The notes under the pieces were generated by a model. That model did no database searches, was not told where the DNA came from, and saw only the letters and a program-made list of their open reading frames with translations. A program made the translations under genes and the position numbers. Below are positions 35,887 to 48,230 of a stretch of 64,000 nucleotides of DNA, in pieces. The DNA comes from Marsupella aquatica (lineage: Eukaryota; Plantae; Marchantiophyta), in assembly GCA_973895155.1 (NCBI GenBank), contig OZ316896.1:248001-312000 (forward strand), given 5' to 3'. Within the stretch, counting starts at the first letter, position 1; each line of letters begins with the position of its first letter.

Positions 35887-36489
35887 TCACTGACATTGAG
35901 GACACAACCATGATCCACTAGGAATCATGTGCAAGGGTGGTGTCAAACACGACATGTGCCATCCTCTAGAACACCGATCACAAATCAACATAGAAGCTAC
36001 TCCTTGAGCAGACCCACACAACATACACTTCAAGCCAGCACGAACATGTGCCAAGCTTGGATCCACAGTACCATCAATGTTTGGAAGATGACATGGCGCA
36101 CAATTATGTACATGATCCTTCCAAACCATACCATCACGTCCTTCCAACATAAGGACTCCAAAAGGCAACACTTCACGCACACGTAAGATTGTCCGCCCTG
36201 CGGTCACATCAAGCGTCGTTGGTGCTGTCTGCTGCAAATAAACATAATCGCCAGGATGAAATCTTCTAATCCTCGTGCGATAACCTCCTCCATGAATAGT
36301 AGCATACCGCAAAGTATCACGATGTTGGGCAATAGCAAGGTTGTCAAAGGCCATGGGCATGACTCTCTCAAAACCTTGTGCCCTCTTTGAACAAACCTTG
36401 ACCCAAACATCTGGATCATCCAAATCCACAACAGTTGCAACATCATGACGAATAGCTGTTGGCAAATGTGGCTCTCTACCATAGAGCAA
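35887..36489 (-). CDS. Integrase C-terminal region ending in a C4HC3 PHD finger
   Basis: CMLC..MLICDRC..GWHMSC..PSGSWLCPQC at ORF end, continuous with integrase LYGREPHLP. Confidence 0.88.
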   Translation of the reverse strand: MLYGREPHLPTAIRHDVATVVDLDDPDVWVKVCSKRAQGFERVMPMAFDNLAIAQHRDTLRYATIHGGGYRTRIRRFHPGDYVYLQQTAPTTLDVTAGRTILRVREVLPFGVLMLEGRDGMVWKDHVHNCAPCHLPNIDGTVDPSLAHVRAGLKCMLCGSAQGVASMLICDRCSRGWHMSCLTPPLHMIPSGSWLCPQCQ

Positions 36490-37852
36490 GAAATAAGGTG
36501 AGAAGGATGCAAGTGATGCTTATCGACTGAAATGGTAGCCCATAGCTAACCAAGGTAGTTGGAGATCTCAGTCTCCCAAATGACCAACCTGCAAGCCATA
36601 CTTATGCAATCCTCTCTTTACAGTTTGTACAACTCTCTCTGCCAATCCAACTGCCTCAGGATGATCACGAGAATTAGTACGATGATCAATCAGAGCTTGC
36701 TCACACAAACCCTCAAAATCTCCATAGAATTCCGTGCCCTGATCAGTCAACACCTCAGTTGGTGCTCCAAAGTGACTGAGTACTCGATCCAAAAATGTGG
36801 TAGCCACTCCTCCACTAGCTTTATCTAGCAATGCCACTAGTTCAATCCACTTGGAGAAGTGCTCCACCATTATAACCAAAACATACCGATTATGACGTTG
36901 GGTAAGAGGCAATGGACCAGCAAAGTCCAAACTCCATCGATATCCCAAACCCATGATCGACAACGGATGCAACTGGGGAGTGGGAGCATTGAACAATGCT
37001 CACACTCAATCACAAACCACACACTTAGCTATCAATTGTTGGACATCAGTGTGCATACCACGCCACCAATACTGTGTCTGCAGCAAGCTATATTAAGTGC
37101 GCTTCACACCAAAGTGCCCTACTCTTCGTGCGCATGTCGCACCAAATGTACTCGTTGTGACGGTTTTGGTACAACCAACACCTTCCCATCACGGAGTACC
37201 CTCAAAAGATGATTTCCTTCCCATCGAAATCTCTTGGCTCGTTGTAGAACCCTATCACGCTCCTTAGCATCAACATTGCCACCAACGGAGCCCCCACGTA
37301 GATATTCCAACACTCTCACATCGTTGTGAATATCTTGCTGTCCAAAAACTATATCACCAACATCCAGATCTGAAGACTCATCGGCTACTCCATCCAATGA
37401 AGTAGAGTCTACAGATCCACTGCATGTTGGCACCCAACAAAGGAAAGCAGATGCATGCCATTCTGGCACCATCTCCTTATCTGTCTCGTCATGCCATCGG
37501 GCTCCAGTCTCATCCTCTTGACTGGTACATGGATTGTGGCTCAACCCATCTGCATCCAAATTCACTTTTCCAGGTCTATGCACAACCTGAAAATCATACT
37601 CCTACAACAACAATGCCCATCGTGCAAGCTTCCCTCTAAGCTTGTTAGACTCCATTAACCACTTGAGAGGTTGATGATCAGTGATCAAGGTGAATAAATT
37701 ACCAAACAAATAGCAACGGAAATGTGCCACAGCCCACACTGTTGCCAAACACTCTCCCTCATAAGAGCTGTACTTAGCCTCTGCTAAATTGTTGGATCTA
37801 CTAGCATACGCCACAACAAACTCATTCCCCTCATCATCCTTCTGAGTCCCAA

Positions 37853-39570
37853 ATGGTGCTACACGAGTCGTGTCTATCCGATAGAACCCACACTCATCTT
37901 TCACCATGGGCGCTCAGCAGGGAGTTCTTATGGGGATATAATGCCACAAGAGGGCGGAAGATCCCACTGGTGGCTTGGGACAGGATGGCGCTGCCACGGG
38001 TAGAGGGGGGATTGGGATTTTGTGATTTCCGCAGTCATTCTGATGCGCTTCTCTCTCAATGGTTTACTAAGGCACTCAACTCACCGGAGCTTGAATGGTC
38101 TAAGATGCTGGCGGCCAATCTGGCTCTGATGGGTTGGATGAATTACAAGGTCATCAGGCGCAATGGATACTCCTTTCAAGACCAGCTTCTCTTGTGCTCT
38201 CCTCGATCATTTAGCGGACTCCCTTACACGACGGGTCTCTAGCAAACCTGGGAGCTTGTGAGAGCGCATTTATCCTTTGTGCCTGGGAGAGTAGGGCCGC
38301 CGGCCAGGTGGAGCATTACTGACACACTTAGATGCATGGTGGGCTTTAATGCTCTCCCGATTATGGTCATCACGGAGATTGCAGCAATTTGTGGCAGGTT
38401 GGGAATGAGATCTATTGGGGATGGATGGTCTGTGGAAGATGGATGCTGGAAAGACCTCCCGCTAAGATGGCACAACCTGTAGGGCTTCTCAGACGACAAT
38501 CGAGCGCTGGCAAGGGCATTTCTGGAGGGCCTTTGGTGCACGAACAACTGTCGTGCTGAGTATTATCTATATGCCAAGCAGTGGAGATGGACAGATAAAA
38601 CAGAACCACTGAAGGACTTTAGAATTGCAAATTGCCGGGTGTATGACTTCCTGAGGCCTAAGACCTCCAACCATGAACGTCTTAATAGAATTTGGTCTCT
38701 TTCCCGTGCTGAGCTGGGATGGAATGTGCTCTGGACCAGGATCTGGGGATCTGATTTACCTATCAGGGGAAAGACATTTATCTGGCGGATCATCGTTGGG
38801 GGCCTATTCACTGGAGCCCGTGCGCTGCGAATTGGAGTCAGTAATGGAGACTGTAAGCTCTGCAGTGGGAGCCTCGAATCTATCCCTCACCTTTTTTTCC
38901 TGTGTCCACATGCTGTTCGCTGTTGGGACCTTTGTCAGGTGTCGCTGAGCTCTTTAGATTTGCCAATTGGTCTCGGACTGATTGCCCTGCTTGACTCGGC
39001 ATGTGGGAAGGAGCCTGTCCAGGTGGCTAGGATGTTTATCTTACATCAGATTCTCTGGCGGCTCTGGTTGGGGCGGAACACGCATCTGTTTCAGACGAGG
39101 GCAAGACGGGTGTTTGATCTGGGGCTTGCTTTGTCTGAGACGGCAGACAACTTATTTGCGGTTAATAGGCGTTGCCCCCTAGGCAGGAAGAGCACAAGAC
39201 TTCTACAAGCCAAATCCTGGATTGACAGCCTTCGTAGAAGTTGGCTAGGCGGTGGTGGGAGATTTATCTCTTCTGGGTGATGGGCCACTTGTTGGCTGCC
39301 TTTTGTTGCTTTCTTGGCTGTGCTCTCCAAATTTGGACTGGCTGTGTGATGTGTTTCTTTGTGTATGTAGGGGTGCCCTCCTTGTTGTGCTCTGTCCGGG
39401 CGCAGGGGCGTTGGGTTGAGGCGGAAGCCTGGCCCTTTGTTGTGTCGGTGTGATTGGGCTGCTGCCCTGCTGGATGTTGCCTTCTTGGCCTTGCTGCCTG
39501 TTTGTGTGCCCTTCCCGTGGGGCTTTTCGCCGGGGAAAAAATTTATTTCTTGGCTACCATTCAATGAAAA
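37853..39570 (+). mobile_element. 5'-truncated LINE (ORF2 C-terminus, zf-RVT) abutting the Gypsy RNase H
   Basis: VAWDRMALPRVEGGLG and WTRIW..KTFIWR..CKLC..ESIPHLFFLCPHA..W..LWRLWLGRN; internal stops; GT-rich 3' UTR. Confidence 0.88.
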
Positions 39571-39572
39571 TT

Positions 39573-40311
39573 CCCAAACCATCCCCGGCCCGGTCGCAAA
39601 CTCTCCCGACCCCTCCCGGCCGGGTGACTGTCCGAACCCTCCTGGCCTGGTCCCGACCCCTCCTGGCCCCTTCCCGGCCCAGCTGCCTCTTCCTGGTCCG
39701 GCCCCTTCCCGGTCCAGCTGCCTCATCCCGGGCCGCCACCCCTTCCCAGCCTGGCGCTCAAAGGCAGCAGAGCCCCCAACCGGCCCTCCCGGCCCTCCCC
39801 GCCCTCCCGGCTCTGCCTGCCCAACTCCCGGCCAGCCCGACCCCCGACTAACCCCCCAGGCCCTCCCTCGGCCGATCCTCCGGCCTGACTCGCCAACCCC
39901 CCGACCCTTCTCCTGGCCCAGCTCCACACCCTCCCGCCCGGGATCAACCGGGGTGACATATGTCATTGTCGCCCCAAATAACCCTATTTGTCCGACAAGT
40001 CCAAACCAGGCACAAAATATAGTACCTTGTAGGTACACTGATTTGTACATTCAACTTAATGTACTTTGTCTTTCACCCAGAGAGTACTGTACATCTCTTT
40101 ACACTTTAATGCCAGGTTTGAAGTGCCTCGGTGGGCTAAGCTCATCCATTCTTGCCGAGTTGCCGGGCAAGTAAACTCATCATTTGCCGGGAAAAAAACA
40201 GGCCGGGACAGGGAAGGGGCGGGGTGTGAGCCGGCTGGGGCCGGGAGGTCATGGCCGGGCTGAGCTGGGAAGGGCCGGGAAGTCAAGATCAGGCGGCTGG
40301 GATGGTCTGGG
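39573..40311. mobile_element. Fold-back-like element with C-rich left arm and G-rich right arm
   Basis: cccaaaccatccc / gggatggtctggg inverted ends (12/13); many ccttcccggcc motifs mirrored as ggccgggaagg. Confidence 0.45.
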
Positions 40312-43300
40312 TGACGAGTTGCCAGTTGACGGACTCTAAAGCCTCTATTTGCCGGGCAAGTCCAAACCCGGCTTTAATGATATGTTTTTTCCCCTTTATT
40401 CTCTTATAATTATTGTTTCAATATTTTTGAATAGGATATGATAGCTTGTACGTCTTACATTAACTAGTTACATTAATCAATACCCTACATAAGATAGACT
40501 AGACTTTATTTTAGAACTAACCAGCTATAATGAAGATTTGACTTCTCATTGGAAGTCAATTCTTACAAGGTCACATTTACCTCTCACTATATATGTTGCA
40601 TTCTATCAGTGGCTCCTGGCTATAGACATACTAGTCAATGTGAATTCTTCTGATGTTTCCTTACATTGTTACAGAGAAAAAGTTGTTCAAATGTTGCAAC
40701 CTAATGCCCATTTTATTAGTCTATGATCAAAGAAGGGCTGTAATTGTTAACAGTCTTAGTTTGTCAACAATGGATTCTACTTGAATGCTGGTCAAATAAT
40801 GAGGATGCACTAGATTAGAGATGTATCATTGGGCACTTCAGCTAGCGTACAGCTTGTGTGGAAAGCATATCTGCCCATTTTTATCACAGTCCGGTGTAAG
40901 CATTCCATCTTGCTTGCTTTCATACCCTGATTAAATCTCAACGATTTCTTTTGCGATGATCAGTTCAGTCTGAAATTTGATGTCTCCGTCAAATCATACT
41001 AGATGTCTAGCATGATTTTTCTTACCTATTCACTAAAGTTCCGCAACATTTTGATAACTGGCAGCAATGTCTCTTAAAGAAACAGCTATTGTAGGTTGTT
41101 AGATGGCTTCTTTTGAAATTTCCTACTCATGTATATTCACAAATTGAATTTGTGTAAGGTTTCTTGTCTGGAAACCGAGTGCTAAAGAAGTCCCTTCAAG
41201 CCCAGATCTAGAATAATTTTGCTCAAACTTGTAGAATGAATGTACATACTCAAAAAACTTGCTTATGGCAGTGCTTTGACACACTCTGATAGGGTATGTC
41301 AAAACAGAGCCATGAGGATATGACCAATGAAATAAAATAGTTGTATGGCCAGGATAGAAACCTTCCAGATTATTTATTTATGTGCCCTCTAAGGATCAGA
41401 TGTCCAAAACATCACTCCCATAAGATTTTAACATCTTGCTTGTCGGCAGTGCTTTGACACTCTCTATATATAGGTTTAGCTGCCTCTTTTGTCTAATTGG
41501 CTTGCAGGCTTGGGTTCTGCCAGTCCGGCCTGACCGGTCTTTTCTGCACTCCTACCTGGCCTGCGTTGTATGTTGTTTCTTGGAATGTAAGTCTTGAAAT
41601 TGTTTTGGGGCAAAATAGGAATGGGTGGTGTGGGGGGACAGCCTGAGCCAGCCAGGAAACTGGCATGACAAGGGGAATTGGGGGTGTGGGTCAGGAGTGG
41701 AAGGGGAGTTGAGGTATAGGGTAATGACGGCTAGGTCTGGGGTTACTGGTTTGTAACCTTGTGACCAGAAAGTGAGGAAATGCTGACTAGCAACAACCGA
41801 GAAGTTTTTTTGAGCTTTGTGGGAACAGATTACAGACAATAACCCCAGCCCAAACAATCATTATCATTCGTACTATTTAACTCTAAAATAATTAGTGGGC
41901 AAAATTTTATAGGCAAAGGGTTAGGAAAATGGTGACACCTAATAGAAAAAAATACACACTCTAACCTTTCTTTATAAGAGTAATTACATGGGGACCGGCG
42001 TGCACAGACTTTGAGAAAGCTACTCTAGTAGTGTACTATAGTAATAGTAATAATAATAATAACTTGCCTTTCCTGTTTCCTCTCCACACGGCCGAAGAGC
42101 TTTTTGAAAGTGTCATGCCATCGTCTACAGTACTGTACCCTCGACCGGCCTTCTGGCTTGGCTGGTGGATTGCTATGGTGTCCTACTATGGTCCTCCGCT
42201 CTAGACTTGCCTCCACTCTACTCCTGTAGACGGCGAGCCCTTGAATCCCCACTGCTGCAACGGGAAGGAAGGTCGAGGACCTCAATCGGGGGGAGAGGGA
42301 GGGAGACGGAGAGCCATCAACAAGGGTTTGAAGCTCGAACGTGGTCTCGCTCTGTTCCTCATTTTTCAATTCGAGGAGACCGGGAGCAATATCTGTTGCT
42401 GAAGCAGAACGTGCACGCCGCTGAGGATTGCTGCGCCATTTCCTAGTCGTCGGACACTACCACCATGGTTCTCTCCTGGAATGAGAGCAGTCGCGAGCGA
42501 ATACTGGAAGAGTGTTGTCTCATCATCACGACAGAGTGGGGAATTCTGAGAAACAAGATGCTTGTAGCCGTTCAATGCTGATGAGCTCTGGCGTGTCGTT
42601 CCTATCATCGTCATGCTGCCTAGAAGACAGACGTTCGAGCCTGCTACACATCATTGACCGGTACTAATCCTTGTGCGGTCCGGGCATATCTGCGCCTGCT
42701 TTCCCTAGGTTGCCTTTGTTTGGAGTCGCGCGCCTTTTCGCCTCACTACACATTACCCTTAGATGTTGCTTGGCACAAATATATGGCCGTTCAGACGAGA
42801 TAGCCACATGACTATGAATGGTGCCTGGGCTTGTTGTCTCGCCAGGCGGTCCTCGTAGGTAGTAATCGAGGTTAGAGAGAGGAGGAGGTCATCATATCGT
42901 TTGGTCCTCTTTTTTGTATAAGCCATGGCATGTGGTTAATGGCCACCGCAACAGAGAGAAGAGCGGAAGTGGGCTGGAAGAGAAGAAATATAGCGAATTG
43001 ACGAGGAAATTATAGACGAACTGAAAGGTTTGGAAGAGGAAAAGGAAGAAAAGAAGAGGCGAAGACATAGTTGTAGAAGTTGGGAGAAAAGATCAACAAT
43101 CAGAGCAAATAGGGGAATATGCGCTGATTGATTCTATTGATGTCTTTTGTCTGTGATAGTTCGACACACCAGCAGCACAGATATAGGGGACAATCGACGA
43201 TTGATCGTTGTCAAGCCGAACTAGTTGCAGTGCTTTTGTGGGTTCCTCGTCTGGAAAGCTGCAAGGCTCTTCCGACGGGAGACTTGCTCGATTCTGCTGT

Positions 43301-43425
43301 GACTTCCGTGGTATCGAGGAAGAAGTTTGCCGAGGGGTGTTGAAGGTCATCGAGATCCGTGTCAGGGCACCCCCCGTCTGGAAGAAGGTCAGCAGCAGCA
43401 CGGTCATAGTCACCAGCTATTTGAT

Positions 43426-46349
43426 ATGGTAAGGACTCGTTCTGCTACTGTACCTCAACATGGCTGGCGTTTCCATTCCTGAGGTCGGGCTCGAATGTTC
43501 GAGACTGGTTTGTGTTCTGTCTGCTCCATCATTTTCTCGGGTCTGTGTATCGGCCATTGGTTGTCGAAGTCCTTCATTTCGTCGCATTTCTTCGTCATTA
43601 TCTGTCGGGAAGGCAATCTACTAGGATAAGGAGTACCACAATCGCCGTTCAGGGCTCCCCTTCCTACGGCAGTAAAAGAACCCGTCGCAGATTGAACTAC
43701 ATCGGTAGGTTCTGTGGGAATAGAACTGCAGTAAGTAGCTTGGTAAGGGAGAATTAGTGGGACGGGTTTCCAACATTTGAACCTGGTTATCAAGTAGATG
43801 GTGGCATAGCTCACTGCCTTATATTTATGGGCTCAACGTTCAAGACATGGGCAGATGTGGGACATAGGCAGATGTGGAGGATGAAGATCAGTGCAGCCAA
43901 TTATTGATTAAGTGGTGTTCCTTCGTGGACACATCTTACTAGCTCGTTTACTAATTTGCACTTCTACGCCTTGGAGAATGGACGACCTCTATCTTCGGAG
44001 CTCTTCTTCGCAAGTCGTCTCATGTCTGCGAATGTCATGTACAGGCGTAGGGAGTTATGACTTTTTTGAATTTGAATGCGTGGCTTCCTGTTGGATAGGT
44101 GTGAAAACTTGATCTGGAGTTTTAGGTTTTTAGAGGAGAAGATTGGGTGTGGTGTCAATTTCAAATAGTTTTTAGGTTTTTAGAGAAGAAGATTTTGTGT
44201 GGTATCAGTTTCAAATAGTTTCGAGTAGTTCATTGCCCTCGGAGAAACGACGCAGATTAGTTTTGGAGTACTGTAATTCCTTCGGTGATTCTCGCAGGAT
44301 GTGTCTTTCGAGTCCTACACTACCTATTTATACCTGGTTTTGATCTGCTATAAGTGGGCTTGATACTGTATGTGCAGGCGACCAATGAAAACTTGCCTCC
44401 AAAAGTGATTAAAGAGCTCGCTAGAGAGTTGAAGAGTTTGGATGAAAGTCCACCCGAGGACATTCGAGTTTTGGTGAACGAGGACAATTTCTCTAATATT
44501 TATGCCGACATTGAAGGCCCATGTAAGTTTCTGCAAGACCCATTCTTGAGGAGTATTTCATGTCGTCACTAGAAACCTAAGCGAAGAATATATCGATGAT
44601 GGAATGGATTGATCCCCGTCAACGAGTCAAATTGTAGAGACGTAGGTGGATATGACCTCTGCGTGTCCACTTTGTCAATAGGAGCGTTGCAGCAGTCACT
44701 CCTGTGGTTGGTTTGCTGTAGCTTCTTATTTCTGTGTATGGTAACTTAACAACCTCTCAAGCCCAAGCGTGCCTCAATATATCTCAGATGCTCAGGCTGT
44801 CGGTTCCACTCAACCGGTCTTGAACTGATCGTCCGTATACGATATCCGCTGGGTGACGGTCCTCAGTCAATGAAACAGAGGACCATATAACACTATGCTG
44901 GCTGTACAGGCTAGTACCGAGTGAAGAAATAGTTTGGTGGACAGGAAATATGACAGAGGGTGTCATTGGGCACCTACTTGTTTCTTTATAGGAGGGGAGG
45001 CACCTGTTTTCAAGATGATGACACTGGACTCCATTTCTACTTAGCTGTACTGACTTCTGAATGACGCCATGTTTGTGGCATCAGTTGGAACACCCTACGA
45101 AGGTGGCGTTTTTCGCATGAAGCTGATTCTTAATCAGGACTTCCCCCAGACACCTCCTAAAGGTACTAAGCCAATTAACGATGGTAGTGATCACTGTGAT
45201 TGGAGCTGGGGACATTATTAATGGTGCATTAGATACGGGTTGTTCGATCTCTTGCCTGACTTATAGGGTGGATCTATTACGACTTACAAAATTTGGTAAT
45301 TGTGTTCGACTTTGGCCGCAGGTTACTTTGTTACCAGAATATTTCATCCAAATATTGCCAAGAACGGAGAAATCTGTGTCAATACTCTGAAGAAAGACTG
45401 GAAGCCAACTCTTGGTCTTCGACATGTTTTACTTGTAGGGTTCTCAGACTAAAGGTTTTTGTGATATTTTTGGCCAGCTAAATATTTGGCCCGATGAGCT
45501 TGTCTGACGCAGCTTTCTCGATTACCATCCTAAGTCTCATGACCGGTGTGCCACATTGTGCAGGTTGTAAGGTGTCTCCTGATAGAGCCTTTCCCCGAGT
45601 CCGCCCTAAATGAGGAAGCTGGGAAAATGTTGATGGAGGACTACGAGGGCTATGCAAAGCATGCGAGGTAAAGTCATCGAAGACCTATGAAATATGTGCT
45701 TTTTGTTGATCTATGGTCTTTCTGACACGGAGGTACACTACAAAATAATTTCGAACGGACGATTGGGACGTGTCTTTGAATGGCCTGTTTTGGCCGGTGC
45801 AGTTAATCTTTTGAGAGGATGCGAAGCCAAGTATCGTGCCGCTCGTACTGTGCATATTCCAGATATCCCTCTGGATCTGTCTGTTATGGGGTTTTAATGA
45901 AAACTGGCTTTCTGGATTCACTCTAGACTTGGCGTTGGAAAGAGTTGAAATGAAAAACTGACGATAGATATGTTGCCTAAGATCGCCTTGGAGAGCTGGA
46001 ATGAAGATGGTTTCTCACGTTACTAGGATGGATGTGGTATTGCAGGCTAATGACTAGCATTCATGCGATGAAGCCAAAGCAAAAGAGCAAGGTAGCCATT
46101 GCGGAGTCAACAAGTGTCAACGCTGCTGCCCCCTTTGACCCAGAAACAACTGGGCATACCCCACTGACCCACAACACTGCTAACAAAGACCATACAGGAG
46201 ACGGTGGGCCAAATACTGGAGGCATTGACGCTGTGCCTCTCTGTACTTCACCAACTGCCAAGAAGCCTAAAGGAGAGCTTGGGTCAGCAAAAGTAGTTGT
46301 GGACAAGAAAAAGATGGATGTACGGAAAAAAAGCCTGAAGAGGTTGTAG
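43426..46349 (+). CDS. UBC22: Ubiquitin-conjugating enzyme E2 UBC22/UBE2S, six exons
   Basis: Exons 43426-43428 (ATG only), 44378-44522, 45085-45162, 45322-45434, 45564-45667, 46046-46349 splice in frame: [50 protein letters not shown]. Confidence 0.95.
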
Positions 46350-46823
46350 AAACAAATGATTATTATTCTATTTATCTGCCTTTGAGTTCACATCAGAGTC
46401 TGTACGTTATGCTTGCTGTTGGGTCGAGTAAGGGCTTCCCATCGTGAGTTAACAGTACGGCTATGTATGGGATTGTGAGTGTTGAAGTTGAATGACGATG
46501 AGGTGGTGAGTGCCAGGAGTTGCAACTCTATTTTTCAGTGATTCCTGTGTTTTGAGTCAGTCGCGTGGTCGTGGATGAAAATTGACCCTTTTCAGATATC
46601 ATTGTATCCTCATCCCCAGCTACGGTTTCATGTGTGACCTTTTCCCGGAGGTTTGCTGGTCGCCCTCACATCTACAAATATTCCTGTAAAAGTATTGACG
46701 TATCTGATGCCTCTATTTGGGGCCCTTTTGCAGCGTTGTGGTTTCAATACTCTGATATACTTGGGGTTTACAGAGCAGAGCAGTTGTACACTATCCCAGT
46801 TTTAAATCTACAAAATTAGCGGT

Positions 46824-46901
46824 GGCACTTGGCTTCAGCAAATTCTACAACACTGGGCGGAAGGCACTTGGCTTCAGCAAATTCTACAACACTGGGGGGA
46901 A
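46824..46901. repeat. 39-bp tandem duplication
   Basis: ggcacttggcttcagcaaattctacaacactggg twice. Confidence 0.85.
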
Positions 46902-47380
46902 GTACTGTCCGACTAGATCCCTCTTTGCTGGGTTGACACCAATTGATCAAAAACCATAAACATTGCAAACCAACAGGATGTCAAATGCTTGCTGTGAGGG
47001 AAGGTGATTCATGTGCTGGAAGCTCTGTAATCACTGGGAAAAAGTGAAGAATCACCTTGGTTTACTAAAACACACTAAAAATTCTTTAAATATTCCCCGG
47101 AGTAGCAAGGACTGACCATTAAAAAAAGTGATTTTAGTTAAAGGAATGAAATCTATTATTTTTGTGATTGGTCAGCTGAAGAGTGTGACCTTAACTCTTT
47201 GGGCAACTCTCCCATGGAAGTAGATCTAACGTTTTGGGAATTGGAATTGGGATTCAAGTTTTGACACGGGTCACAAATAAGCAAAAGTGAGCAGGAGGGT
47301 AGGAGCTTTGGCTTCACTAACACTCACTCAAGTAGCCCTCGTTGTCCTATTGCTCCACTCCTTCCATCATCGAAGCTCAT

Positions 47381-48230
47381 CACCTGAGTTAATGTTCCCC
47401 CATTTTCCTGGGGCCCCGTACACTGCCCATCCCAGTCCCCCATGTCACTTCTTGCTCTGGCCTGAGTTTGCAAGAAATAAACCATGACTCCGCTTTGTCA
47501 CCCGCTCCGGCCCAATCAACTTTGTGCCATCGACTTGAGGTTTCTGTTCTGGCACGCTTCACTTTTGTCACCCGTTTTGGCCAGATCAACTTTGAGCCAT
47601 GGTTTCCTTGTGAGGTCGTGGTTTATGTTTTGGCAACACTTCTTTCCAACGGAGTCATGCTTGTTTTGTAACATAGTCTAAGTATTCAAGCGGAGCCTAG
47701 TACTTTGGTTAAGAGTCATGATTGACAGAGTCTTGGTTGATGTTCTACCAAATGCTTCTTAATTCTCTATGGAGTCGTGGTTTATGTTGTGGCAACACTT
47801 AGACATATAGTAGAGCTACTCTACTACACTTAGACATACAGTAGAGTAGTCGTGGTTTATGTCGAGAACTTCCCAATGGAGTCATGTCTGCTTAGAATAG
47901 AGTAAGTGTTCAGGCAAAGCCTAGTAGTACTTTGGATAAGAGGCTCGTGATTCATTAATGATAGATTCTTGGTTTACGTTCTGGCAAACTTGGGTCAGAG
48001 CGGGCAACAGCATCGAGGACTTGGTCTAGAGCCGGGAACAAAAAGTGAGGGGCACCAGAACATAAACCCAAATTCAATGGCACAAAGGTTGATCGGGTCG
48101 GAGAGGGTGACAAAATGGTAGAGTCTTGGTTTATGTTTTGTTAAACTGGGGCCGGAGCGGGCAGCAGTGTTGGGGACTGGGATGGGTAGCTTACTGGGCT
48201 CCAGGAAAATGGGGGAACATTAACTCGGTG
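47381..48230. mobile_element. Non-autonomous long-TIR element (MITE/MULE-like fold-back)
   Basis: gagttaatgttcccccattttcctgg / ccaggaaaatgggggaacattaactc ends, similarity extends ~200 bp; internal repeats of gagtcRtggtttatgtt. Confidence 0.8.

Larger units (their letters stand above)
35097..37850 (-). mobile_element. Degenerate Ty3/Gypsy 3' half (RNase H, integrase with C-terminal PHD finger, PPT, LTR)
   Basis: YSSYEGECLATVWAV..TDHQPL RNase H; DFAGP..TDQGTEF..AERVV integrase; PPT GGGGGGCGAT at 35710-35701 then TGTGGG. Confidence 0.9.

Noticed and set aside
39091-40174. 319-aa and 252-aa Gly/Pro-rich ORFs
   Set aside because: Artefacts of stop-poor GC-rich repeats.
47612-48140. Spaced short repeats resembling a CRISPR array
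   Set aside because: Eukaryotic context, degenerate repeats, irregular and partly similar spacers, inside a TIR element, no cas genes.
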